Assembly (NCBI GenBank): GCA_030248215.1
Contig: JASANG010003810.1
Span: 310,001-374,000, forward strand
DNA length: 64,000 nt
From: Enoplolaimus lenunculus
Taxonomy: Eukaryota
Direction: 5' to 3'
In this document: one piece after another, positions 13,201 to 30,835 of the stretch
Layout: each line of letters starts with the position of its first letter
Position numbering within the stretch: position 1 is the first letter of the stretch
Program-made: the position numbers and the translations under genes
Notes under the pieces: model-generated
What the model was told of the DNA's origin: nothing
Seen by the model: the letters and a program-made list of their open reading frames with translations, nothing else
The model's database searches: none

Positions 13201-16038
13201 GAAATCACTCAACTTTGCTCAGATACTACGGAACATGATAGCAACCGCAAATACGACTGCAACAACTTACTTCCTGAACACTTCACGACTGATTCGAATC
13301 AACACATATCGACGCTTGGAAATCGCTCGCTGCACAAGTACGGAATCTTGCTCCACAACGTGCCGTTGGTTAAAATTTTTGACCTGAAATCCGATTTAAT
13401 TGTTGTTTCGGTGAACGCTTCTGATCCAAGCGTAACCTTGAGTTCTGCTATCCTTTCCCAAATCGTCTCCCAAATATCCGCTGACAAGCTAGTTTGGATG
13501 ATATTTGACCAAACTAATAACGCAACCGCGTTAGACAGCGTTCGCTCAGCAATTCAGCAAACCCTTCAGCATCAGCCATCGAGTGTGCCGCTAATACTAC
13601 GTTTACCTGCCGGCCAAAATCAACGCGAAACGAACCTTAAAAACAGCCAAAATCAAATTCAAGAATTAAAAGATTTAAATTTCAAAATACACCAAATATA
13701 CGGTAAAAAATACCGAAAAGCTATTGACGCTATGCTTACAAGAATGTTACAGCTACGAACGCACGCTGATATTATTCAAGCTTATATTGACTATTATGTT
13801 GAACAAGAAATGACTAACTTTGATCACAAACGCTCAATAGCGTTGCCACCGGACGCCGTCGGGCCGTCTATGGCCAAAGAATTTGTTCGTCAACTTGACG
13901 AAGCCTACAGAAGTGCAAGTTTACCGTCAACTTCTGTGCTCGATTTGCCGCTGTCAAGATATGAACAATTTTTCAACCATCGTTCAGTTGAAGAATTATT
14001 GGAAATGCTAAGCAGATGCTCCGAGCAAAAAGAGTCAACCTGCTCTCTTTCGGAGTTAGACGAACTATTAACTCAACAGGCAGATGATTGGAAACCTACA
14101 AGCGAATTGAAAGAGCACGAAGCGAGTTCTTTGCAGGACGAAGATAAGGTTAATATCAAGAGGCAAAAATCGTGGTTTGGGATATGGTTCCCGCGAGCCG
14201 ACGCTGCCGCTCAGCTAACGGCTCGCGAGAAATATCGCAAACCAATGACAAGAGGACAAATGTACCGCAAAGTACCAATCGCAAAACTTGCGGCACTGCG
14301 AGAAAAGCAACAAAAACACATCGAAAAGTCAGATGAAACAAAAAAATCAACGACAACAACGAAGGAACCAGAATCAAAATACAGAAAAGGATCTGGAAGC
14401 CATTCTGCATCCGGTGCGAACAAATATCGGAAAGACGCTGGAACAACAAAGACAATTCAACGCAATGTGGAATCGAAACCAAAACATCAAAGCAAACCTA
14501 CCGCCGCTAAGCCTTCTCCGAGCCCTGTCGCAAGTCCCGAAAACAAATATCGAAAACCATCCACAGGCACATCCGCCAAAAAAGTGCCGACACCGTCAAA
14601 ACCGCTCGTTGTCGAAAAAGCGCGCCAAACTGCCGCTAAACCACTAGCTAAGTCATCCAGCGTGCCAAATCAATCGAAATATCGAAAAGATACTTCGAAA
14701 TCAGCGAGTCCGCCCCGGTCGCCTGTTTCTGTTCACAAACCTGATTCTTCATCTACAGTTGGTCTAGTCGGGCAGTTGTTTGGGTGTCTTGAAAATATGC
14801 TGTCATCTGGTGGCAAACCTCATACCGCCCCAGCGGAGAACAAATTTCGAAAATCTGCGACAAAATCAGCCCACAAGCCTGTAGTTTCACTGTCGAAGGG
14901 GGTGCAAAGTGTAACCAACGACTCATTGACAACTTGTTTAACCGGTTGCTTTTTTGGATATCCTTCCGCATCAGTGAAAAAACCAAGCGGCGAAATAAAC
15001 AAATTTCGCAAAAACTCCCCAGCAACTACTAAACCTAAACCTAAGCACCCAGCAAAACATACAACAAAATCTAGTGAGACCTCGGATGATTGGCTGTCTG
15101 AAATTGTCGAAGGTTTCCAGTCATTGGTTGGTTTGAGTGATGCGAAATCCGATAAACCAATAGCGAACAAGTATCGAAAACAAGGCGGAAAAAAGGCTGC
15201 AAAATCGGTGTCGGGTCCAATAAAACATCAACAAATGAAATCTGCAGCGCCGGATGCCACATTTTGGAGTTCGCTGGAACAATTTAAAGCAAGTATTATG
15301 CCAACCGATGGGGTGAAATCAACCAAAGCGAACGCTAATTGCAAATATCGCAGTAAATGCACGAGCGGAAGAGATCAAAAGTCTGCTCACAAATCTGGAC
15401 CGGGTGGCCACTATAACAAATCAATAAAACGCGGCGATTCAGGCGGATTTTTAACCGAACTTATCAAAAAATTCAATTCAATTTTTGAATCAACCGCAGC
15501 CGAACCAACACGCGAAAACAAATATCGGAAAAACGCGCCAAAATCGCAACAAAAAAGTGTAGCTAAGTCATCATCGGTTGCGCGCGATTGGAAATCAAAG
15601 AAACCAGCAACGGCCAACGACAGCAACGAAGGACCGCTGTGTGAGCTTCTCAATCAACTGAAACAACTCATCGAACGCTTCCTGGCTCCGCAAACTGCTA
15701 AATCTGCAGTAGATCAGTGCAAATTTAGAAAAACTTGCAAATCTGGCTCTCAAACGAAATCTCAACCAAAGCCACATCACAAAGAAACAAACAAACAAAA
15801 GATCAACGCTCAATCAGCTACAAAGCACAAAAGCTCAAAGCCTGCTCCTACGTCATACCAGTCAAAATATGCCGCTAAATCGGCCAAAACTCATTCGAAA
15901 CCCGAAGCAAACGCTGATATCTGGTCAATGCTTCAAACTGCAATTTCGTCCATCACAGATCCTTCTCATAAACCATCTACCGAATGCAACAAATTTCGAA
16001 AAAGTTGCTCGAAAACTAAAATATCCGCCAGACATTAG
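10260..16038 (+). CDS. SRL: Divergent sarcalumenin-like protein (EHD/dynamin-type G domain with degenerate nucleotide-binding motifs) plus a ~600-aa Lys/Ser-rich repetitive tail
   Basis: Exons 10260-10373 (tttcag/gtatgt, phase 1-1) and 13190-16038 (tttcag, phase 1) splice in frame. A possible first exon is 8939-8990 (weak donor). Motifs QLYTG, SDLIVVSV, LRTHADIIQAYI, DLPLSRYEQFF and C-x6-CSL align with my recollection of sarcalumenin (QLYTG, ADLIFVVF, VRIHALLVDRYL, DLPNREAYKDFF, CSYMGGCFL). AATAAA at ~16063. The 5' end is uncertain. Confidence 0.78.
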
Positions 16039-17242
16039 CGATTTATCGATTTTTTGCTGCTGAATAAATACGCGTTGATAAGCCACTAAACGATGGTTGC
16101 AGTTCGTTTGATCGATTGATATCGTCACCGAGACACTGAGAATTCATGTATTTAGAATCACTGTTCTATATTCGAACTGATATAACGCTGGCTAGCAGGT
16201 AATCAATTAATCAACTATTTATTCAACAATAATCACACTACTGCCGTCATAACTCGTATTCTCTCAACCCACCATAGCTCCTACTGCCTCTTCGAAAACT
16301 GGTGATTGCTGCAGTAAACAGCGATTTGTGAAAATACGTCCGATTGTCACTGCACTGCCCAAGTATGCTTTCCAAGTTCACGAAGACTGCAAAGTACAAT
16401 AAACTCAGAGCTTTTCGAACCCGTACGGTTAAACAAATTTAGTTTGTCTGATTCTCGGATGCCTAGAACACGAAAAGGTTATTTCCATACGAGCTGATAC
16501 CAGATCCGTCGTTGTCAGCTCACTTTGGCAGTGAGCGAAACATTTTTCAGCAGGAGCATGCAAGGGTTTCCGATGACTTTACAAGCAAGCTTGAAAATTT
16601 TCTAAAGCGAACCAAAAATCGTCTACAACGTTACTGCGCTCCATGGCTCAACTTTGGCTACGAGACCGGTAAATGGCTCCAGCATTGGCAGTTTTTAGGC
16701 TACTCAATGATGTGTTTTTATAAAGCCTATAGTACTGTATGATTGGGGGCCTTACTCAAGAAGTGCAATGGTACGGGACAGTAAAAAGATAGAACGATCA
16801 CAACAACGGGTTATGCAAACCAGTTGAATAGGGTAAAATGTTTGGTTCGACTTTGAAAACATTTGCTATAGGATTAATAATTTTAGTTTAGACAAAGTTA
16901 AATTTAATTTTGTAGAAATATTTGCCGAAACAAAAGTTGCACATTTTCCATGATATTATAAATATTAAAGACGAAACTTGCAAACTTCGTATGCCTAATG
17001 TTTCTCAAAAGACTGCGCGTTAAATATCAGTCCCCCCTCTTATTCGGGTCACTACAGTAAGAGGTTTATAATTTTTCTAGAAATAGGAATATGAAGGGTC
17101 GTTTATTTGATTAAAAATCCAAACCAGAACTTGTCGCTTACAGGGAAATTTACAATGGGGGCAGTTCGAAAAGATAACGATTAACGATTAAAAGCACAAT
17201 TTTTAAGACAATTCAAATCCGTCAACGCTGGATTGAAATACT

Positions 17243-17384
17243 GGCCAATGTATAGAACAGGGCCGGATCAGTAGTAAAGCATATTCCTAAGCCTAAGCCT
17301 AAGCCAAAAAACTAAACTAAATCTTAAACTGACTCCATTACAGCCCTGCCGGAAAACGATCCGGCCCTGTTCTATACATGGGTC
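17243..17384. mobile_element. Merlin-like MITE family A with GCCTAA repeats
   Basis: TIR GGCCAATGTATAGAACAGGGCCGGATC / GATCCGGCCCTGTTCTATACATGGGTC. Imperfect 8-bp TSD GAAATACT/AAAGTACT. Confidence 0.8.
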
Positions 17385-17446
17385 AAAGTACTTAATACGA
17401 GGGACGGACGCGGCTTCCTCTGACTGCATTTTGATCCGCTCGTTGC

Positions 17447-18189
17447 CAGGGTGTAAACGAATTGTAAAAATAATGGAAATAGAAAACGGATATTGAAGTA
17501 TGTTTCAAAAACGTTTTATTTTTGCCAACCCTATTGAGGCATGCATATATTCACCGGGTTTTCTAAAATTAAAAAAAATGGCGGATGCATCGAAATTATT
17601 ATGACTTTGGATGGATATCTTAATTTTTTTATTTCGTTTCAAACAATTGTAGCATATCTGTAAAGAATAATTGCAGGTTATATACGTGATTTATAATTAA
17701 TTTTGAACGTAAATGTATTAACAGAATTTCGATCATTTATATAACGGAAACTGACACCGATTTTTACCAGAAACAGATATTGGGTTACACCCTGCTCGTT
17801 ATCACGGGATAACCGGATCTCCGTTTCCGTTTCCGGTAAAAATCGGTATCCGTTTCCGTTATAGAAATAACGGAAATTCTTTTTGTATACGATGAAAATT
17901 TGTTATAAAAATCACGTGTATATCTCCGCAATTTTTCATTGCAGATATGACGCAATGTTTGAAATGAAATAAAAATTACGAAACTCATCCAAAATCTTAA
18001 AAACTTTGACGCATACTCCATTTTTTCTTAAAATTTTAGAAAACTTGGTGAATATATGTTGCACGCTTCAGTTGTGTTGGCAGAAAAATAAAACAGTTTT
18101 GAAAATTTTATACTCCAATATCCGTTTTCTGTTTTCGTTATTTTGATCACTATCCGTTTCCGTTGTTTTAACTATCCGTTTACACCCTG
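17447..18189. mobile_element. Two inverted hAT-like MITEs (CAGGGTG TIR) sharing one target site
   Basis: 17447-17794 and 17803-18189 are reverse complements. The 8-mers CTCGTTGC, CTCGTTAT and TTCGTTAC lie before, between and after them. Confidence 0.7.
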
Positions 18190-18200
18190 TTCGTTACCCA

Positions 18201-18420
18201 CACTGCAAAAAATAGTGGGTCAAATTGAGTGTCTCCGAAATAGGCTTTTCCGGTCCACACAAACTGAGTCAAATTCGACTCCGCCAGAGTCAAATTGGAC
18301 TCACCGAGCGACTCAGTTAGTCGAATTTGCCTATGTCGGAGTAGAATTTTGACTCAATTTGCGTAGTCCCAGAAAGCCTATTTCAGAGAGAGTCAATTTG
18401 ACTCACACTTTTTTGCAGTG
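18201..18420. mobile_element. CMC/EnSpm-like MITE family C
   Basis: CACTGCAAAAAA...TTTTTTGCAGTG, TSD CA/CA. Confidence 0.85.
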
Positions 18421-19312
18421 CACATTCCCCATATATAGCAATTTCTAGCAATAACTGATAAGAATTCGCAGCAAATCTAGCGCAATGTTTGCGGTTTGTT
18501 TGAAAAATATTTGATTTTACGCGTTTTTACGTTGTTTCTAGATATAAATTCGCTATCTTATTGTTAGAATTAACACTTTTATAACAATCTTCTATAAAAC
18601 AGCTTATCTGTTTACAAGCCAAATATTATAAACAGTGATGTTATTGCAATTTTGTACAATTGAGGGTGGCGATCGGGATTGAACAGGGGCGTGAAAAATC
18701 CCTGAGCCGGAGGTCAACGAAACGTGCCGGAGCCGAAGCCGGAGCCGGATGTGAGGCGAAATTAATGATGATGGTTAATTAAGTTAATTTTAGCCAATAT
18801 CTACAATATGTTGTTAACTTGTTTGGTTTTTTACGATAATTTTCAGCGAAATGTCGGAAATCCTCTCTTGAAAATTGTGCTAAAACTAAAACGAATCGTG
18901 CTAAACGAATAAATTTTGCAAAATTATGCAAAATTTTAGTACCGAAATTTGGCACAAAATTTTCCATGTATTCTCGCCGCTCTTAGTCAGATTCAGCTTC
19001 AAATACAAAAGCATAGCACGTACGCTTCAGTTTGATGGTTAACCAGCGTGTTTTACCACCGGCGGATCCAACATTTTTCGCTGAATGAGAATACTTATAT
19101 GTTCCATAGCGGTCACTAAAGTCTAAGCAAAAGCCTCAGCATAAAGAAAATCCTAGCCTAAAACCTACGCAAAAATAAATCTAAAGCTTAAGCTTTATTC
19201 CGTGGTTATTACACGGAAATACGGTCTGCACGTAAGCTATACATGGGCTTGAACTTGTATGCTATTCTTGGTCTAATTTTTCCGTTATTAGGCCAGACTT
19301 TGTGAGCTTCAA

Positions 19313-19564
19313 CACTGTAAACTTCAGTGAGTTAATTTTAACTCAGAATGAGTTGAATCACTCAGTCTGAGTTAAGACTATCAGAACTCAGAATTTTGAG
19401 TTGATTCAATTCGCTCTGAGTTATTTAATCAACTCACCCAGAGTCAACTCAACTCAGAGTGATAATCAACGCAACTCAGAGTGAGTTAAAGTTTACTGCT
19501 ATTAACTCAAAAATAACCAACTCGCGAGCTAAATTGATTAATCAACTCATTGAAATTTACAGTG
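19313..19564. mobile_element. CMC/EnSpm-like MITE family B
   Basis: CACTGTAAA...TTTACAGTG, TSD AA/AA. Confidence 0.85.
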
Positions 19565-19677
19565 AAATGCGCCGTTTTAGTATCACCAAATATTCAGGAT
19601 GGCCAAACTTGTGGGGACACATTTCCGCTAAATTCGCCACTGATGTGCCTACTATAGACGCACCAATTTAGATGCTA

Positions 19678-19921
19678 CACTGTAAATTTCAGTGAGTTGA
19701 TTTTTACTCCGAATGAGATTAATCCACTCATAATAAGTCTGAGATGTGAATTATGTCTTTCAGAACTCAGCATTCTGAATTGATTAAACTCATTCTGAGT
19801 TAATTAATCAACTCACCCGGAATTAAATCAGCTCAGAATTAGTACATGTTTACTGATATCAATTCAGAAATAACCAACTCTGTAGCTGAATTGATTAATG
19901 AACTCATCGGAATTTACAGTG
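19678..19921. mobile_element. CMC/EnSpm-like MITE family B
   Basis: CACTGTAAATT...AATTTACAGTG, TSD TA/TA. Confidence 0.85.
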
Positions 19922-21516
19922 TATGAAAAAGCTATGATATTCGAGGTATTTTCTGCGAATATCATATGATATATTTTCAAATGTCTGCGTAGTTGAGGTA
20001 ACATACCCAAATTGTTCTGTTGAATATCATATGATACTAGAATTTGAAATTTGAATTTTTGAATTATGAAGCGGTGGTTTTAAGCGATTTTGTGTCGGAA
20101 ACGATTTGCAGGCATGTATATATTTGGTATTTAAAGCACCTTTGTGCCTCTGCCGTCCAACTTTTCATTCATTTATTAGTACCCAAAGGTTACACTGTCC
20201 CGCTGAATATCATATGATATTCGTTGAAATTTTGGAATATCAAATGATATTCGCATAAATGTCCCAGAGTGTCACATGACATACCGTCCCTTGTACACAT
20301 TGATCGTTTGAGAGCGGTGGTTTGTAAGCTAATGTCATATGACGTCCAAGTTTTGTCTGTTGACCCGTTATAAGTGCCCAAATTTTAACGTTGACGTCGA
20401 ATCAACATGGGACAAACCGTGTCCCGCCTGCCCCGGTTATAACGTGAACCCCGCATTAGGTCTTTCAGAACTTATAATTCAGAATTGATTGTACTCATTC
20501 TGAGTTAATTAATCAACTCACCCGGAATTAAAACAACTCAAAGCAGAGTGAGTTAATATTTACTGTTAACTCAGAAGTAACCAAAAATAACTAATTCTCT
20601 CTCTTTGATTAATCAACTCACTGAAATTTTTATAGTGTTTTGCAGAATAAAGTTTGCAATAATCCAAGCATAAATTGTTTATTTTCCAGCTTCACCGCCA
20701 AGAATTTCTCGCTAGAAGATGCATGATTTCTAAAGAAAGGTAACAAATAAATATCCTAAAAACCTGTTCATGTATATATACTGCTGGAAACAACTTTTAA
20801 CCCGGATGACCAAGCATTTGATCCATGTTACTTTAAGGGGCGTCCCGCATTCTGGACGGTCTTTAAAAGAGAAGGTTAGATTCTAGATTACATTTTTTGC
20901 TTAGTCTTTAGGCTTAGACTTTTAGGAACACATTTTTGCAACGCTTAGCTTTAAGCTTAGAGTAGGAATACATTTAATCTACTGTTACGCCCCTAAAAGT
21001 AGCACTGGCCAAGCTGTTTATAGGGGGACAGCGGCTGCTTCTCACCCCCAAGGTTGCAAGGCGTGTTAAATATCATACTTCAATTTAGCGTACGCCTAAA
21101 AATTTCGCTATGTGTAGAAGTTTTATGCGAAAAAAATTGTTAATTCGTAGTTTTTCCCGTCAAACGTCACTCAGTGTCGGTCTTAATTTGCGTCAAAATC
21201 ATTGTTTAGTAGATTGCAAATGATAGCTGCAGGTGCACGAATCGGTTAAGATTTTGGACGAAAAATTGTTTTTAAGCATATATCCATTTTAAATTGTTGG
21301 AATTTCAATTTACTCACGGCTATCGTGTATCACTGCAAAAAATGGTGAGTGGAATTTCACATCGACCTTAGACGACTGCCATCAACGGGTCTGCAGTTAA
21401 GTAAGCAACGACAGTTGCCGTCTGAAAAACTTTATAGCAATATCAAATTGTTTTTCTAATTTTTCAAATTTATTTTTCAGTTTAAAATTTTGTACGAAAA
21501 ATATTAAGCCAATGTA

Positions 21517-21726
21517 CACTGCAAAAAATGGTGAGTCAAATTGACTCTCTCCGAAACAGGATCTACGGGACTACACAATCTGACTCAAATTCGACTCCGT
21601 CGCAGTCACACGTGCGATTCAGTGAGTCAAATTTCATTCTAGCAGAACCGAGTTTGTGACTCAGTTTGCGTAGTTCCATAGAGCCTATTCCGGAGAGAGT
21701 CAATTCGACTTACCGTTTTTGCAGTG
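21517..21726. mobile_element. CMC/EnSpm-like MITE family C
   Basis: CACTGCAAAAA...TTTTTGCAGTG, TSD TA/TA. Confidence 0.85.
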
Positions 21727-21923
21727 TAGTCGTTTGGATTTTAGGCCCGTAACCAGCTCAACGTGCCTGGTGGCCAAATTCGTTATAACAGAGTCATACA
21801 GTTGAAGTTGCAAGATAAAAGAAGCGGAGTTTAATCCTTCCCATGGATAGGCAAAAAACTTTCAACGGGAGCTGAACCAACTGGCGTCCCTCTAACAACG
21901 GGCTCACTATTCACCAAGTTTAC

Positions 21924-22293
21924 TATAATGACCCGAACAAAAGGGGAGATCTACATTTATTTGGCCTCTCCAGAGGGTACCCCCTGTTATTCGGTTACGG
22001 ACTGTTATTTATTTTAAAACCCGCACTACGCGCCCTTCGTTACTGATATATATATTTGTCCGGTATTGCAACTATCCGTTGAATTAAATGTTTATCAAAC
22101 TTTGCGAACTCAGCTATATTTTGTCCTGGATTCATTTATGCATTACAATTAGGGATAATTGACGTTTATCAACTCTAATTAGGTTCAGCGACTCTATCCG
22201 CTTACGGGCTCTTATTAGGGATTCAGACTTTTATTGATTGGGACTCAAAATGGGGACCCCTCTTATTACACCCTCTTATTCGGGTCAATACAC
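21924..22293. mobile_element. Tc2/pogo-like MITE family E (diverged)
   Basis: Ends resemble CTGTAGTGACCCGAATAAG. Interior is the reverse complement of the copy at 40657-41101. Confidence 0.65.
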
Positions 22294-22549
22294 GAGTTAA
22301 GCTAATGCATTTAGGCTTAAGTTTAGACTTATAAAACCCAAAAAATGAGCTTAAACAATTGAGTTTTAGGTCACAATTTGCTGCAAACTTAAGGTTTTAT
22401 TCTCAAGCTTTAGGCTCATACATAAGTTGTAGATAAACTAAAAGATTTAGGCGTAAAGTACTTTGACTCCTATACCCGTATTTTCAAATGTGTATTGCAT
22501 CTGTTGCTGGTTGGTGATAGGTCTTGTAACTTTCGAATCGTAAGTGTCG

Positions 22550-22805
22550 CACAGTAAATTTCAGTGAGTTGATTTTATCTCAGAATGTGTTGAATCACTC
22601 AGTCTGAGTTAGGACTATCAGAACTCAGAATTTTGTGCTGATTCAATTCATTCTGAGTTAATAAATCAACTCATCCAGAGTCTACTCAACTCCGAGTGAG
22701 CATCAACTAAAATGGAGTGGTGAAATAATGTTTACTGATATTAATTCACAAATAACCAACTCGCTAGCTGAGAACTGAATAATTAATCCATTGGAATGTA
22801 TAGTG
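22550..22805. mobile_element. CMC/EnSpm-like MITE family B
   Basis: CACAGTAAATT...TATAGTG, TSD CG/CG. Confidence 0.8.
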
Positions 22806-23073
22806 CGAGCTTTGAGATTTAGCACATATTTTGCGTATAATTTTTACCCTTCGTCGGTACCAATTTTGAGATCTGCAATTGCAAAAGTTAGTTTGTTTAA
22901 AACCGTATCGCTAAATGGCGATAAGCAGTATACAAAGCTCGACAAACTTTGATGTCAGCATAAGAATTTTAGGTTTAAAACGTTAATATTTAAATAGATT
23001 TTAAAATTTGGTATGTATACCTTTTATTAAATTTTAAATTTATCTGAATACAACGATTTCTAACAGTGAACCG

Positions 23074-28445
<5,372 letters not shown>

Positions 28446-28878
28446 TCAATTTAAGGCGCTGGCGGCTTATCATACCCGTGCTTGTGTGATCGTCAAATGA
28501 TTCCAGCCAAAAAAAACTGACTCTCGTAGTCAATTTTTTACCGGTTAAAAAGCTATTTCCATAGCTACCAGTTGACTTTAGAGACCGTATTCTCAAATGT
28601 ATACAGCACCTGTCACAAGTTAGTAATAGTTTTTCAAACTAATGAACTGTTCTGTAATTGTACATCTTAAAATTTGCACAGAAATAGACTTAATCGGATT
28701 CAATCAATGTGCTTAATTTCAAATCTCATCATACCGCTGTCCGAAAGTTTACAACCCCATGCATTAAAACAGTGGCATTTTTGTTTCTATAAAACCAGTG
28801 ACTTCAAGACGGCGAAATTATCTTTTAGGGCCGTATGCACAGGACGAGTAGTAACTTACGCCGTAGTAAACAGATAGT

Positions 28879-29310
28879 CAGAGTGGACATTACCCGCGGG
28901 TAAACGCGGTTCGGATAAAGAATATCAGACGCGGGTAGGTATACCCGCTGGTAAAGATTTTTATAACTCGGGTAAAAATTCGCAGTTTTTACCCGCGGCA
29001 ATCTTTTAAGTTTTAAAGTGGAAAACCTACGCTATTGTCTGCTTTATTTCGGATCAGGTGCAGTCCGTGCTTTATATTTAGCTGGGTTTGAAATTTTGTT
29101 GTTTCTAGTAAAATTCATTGAAGCTATAATCGCAAAACTTCATTAAAGCGCGAATCATCAGCGATCATTAAATTACTGGTTTGACTTTAGGCATGGGTAA
29201 AAGGTGGGTCGTGGGTATATCTTATTTGCGTAGGTGTACCCGCCGGTAAAAATTCTTGTTTGCGTGGGAAAAGCGCGGATCGGGTAAAAAATCCTTAGCC
29301 ACTTCCCACT
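28879..29310. mobile_element. Probable hAT-like MITE with TACCCG subterminal repeats
   Basis: CAGAGTGG...CCACTA ends. Clusters of TACCCGC/GCGGGTA at both ends. Confidence 0.5.
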
Positions 29311-29409
29311 AGGCAAATATATACTACGAGAGTAAAGAGTTATTCGATTCACTACCGTAATAAATTACTATGGTGTTGAAATATTTTCGGCATTAAGCTA
29401 AATGCAGTA

Positions 29410-29662
29410 CCCTGTAAATTTCAGTGAGTTGATTTTAACTCAGAATGAGTTAAATCACTCAGTCTGAGTTAGGACTATCAGAACTCAGAATTTTCGGTTG
29501 ATTCAATTCATTCTGAGTTAATTAATCAACTCGCACAGAGTCAACTCTAACTCAGTAAGAATGAAGTCAACTCATTGTGAGATAAAACATTCTGTTATTA
29601 AAACTCAGAAATAACTAACTTTCCGTCTGAGTTAATCAATTAACTCATTGGAATTTACAGTG
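29410..29662. mobile_element. CMC/EnSpm-like MITE family B
   Basis: CCCTGTAAATT...AATTTACAGTG, TSD TA/TA. Confidence 0.85.
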
Positions 29663-30835
29663 TAGTAAACAGGAAACAGTTGCTTGAAGTAAAGGCGGTT
29701 CTTGTTAATCATAAGGGAATTTGACTCACCATTTTTTGCAGTGTATATAAGTACGGCCCTTATTGTTTATTCCACACTGAATAATAGATTCTCGTTTGAG
29801 ATTTACACTGAAAAATTCACGTCATTTTACTTTCAGGGGCGAAACATTTTTGCGGAAATATAATAGCGTAAAAAGCTTAAGCTTAAGACTATTTTGTTGC
29901 TTAGGCTCTCGGCTTATGTTAACGCAGGGCCTTTAATAGGCTTACGAATAAACTTCGACTATTGGTACGCCTGTGACAATGAAATTAGCCAAAGTTTCAA
30001 AGCGGGTTGTTTGTGTTACAAATCGAAAAACTATCCAAAAATCCGCTGATAAAAATCTCACGAGACGGCTTTTATCCCAAAATCCGCTCCTGGTTCCAAA
30101 CGCAACCGAGTGAAATCCCCAATTGTTGAGTCCTTGGATGCAAAGTTAATAGCGTTTTCGATTTCTGTCAACTTTTAATCTGAATTCTTGGTTTATTAAC
30201 CAATTTTGGTACTTTGAATGCTTCTTCCAACAGAGCTCCGAAAACAGCCATTGGAATTCTAATTCAACTTTTCTACATAATTTCATATAAGATCCGTTAT
30301 AAGTTTCGGGAACCCACGTATAGAACAGAGCCAGATCGTTTTCGAAGAAGCTGTAATAGAGTCAGTTTAAGCTTTAGGCTAACTTTTTTGTTTAGGATTA
30401 AGCTAAGGCTTAGGCGTAGGCTTACGAATAGGCTCATCCTTACGCTTATTCTTAGACTTAGGCTTAGGTTTAAGAATATGCTTATACTACTGTTCCGGCC
30501 CTGTACATGGGCCAGGTTTGTTTATCCAACTTCCACATGATACCTACCCCAAGATAACTTTTGGGCTGGTTTAACAGTAAGGTTCAGGGACAATGGGGCA
30601 CGCAGATGAACCAAAAACCAAATCAATCCTAACTACAAAAGTTTTCTTTCTTTGTTCTGGCTCGTCTGCAATAGTTTCTTACTACAAAACCGAGAGAACA
30701 TTTGGTTGTGTACCCCAAACATTGGTGCGGGTCTTTCTCAAACCAGATTGCGGAACTGGGGTTTTCCTAATTCATGAAACATTCTTGAAATGTAATTTTA
30801 TAGGGAAAATCTATAGCATTTTTTGGTAAAATTGT

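Noticed and set aside
19930..20270. Repeated ATATCATATGATAT palindromes
   Set aside because: Probably internal motifs of an eroded MITE. Termini and TSD cannot be defined.
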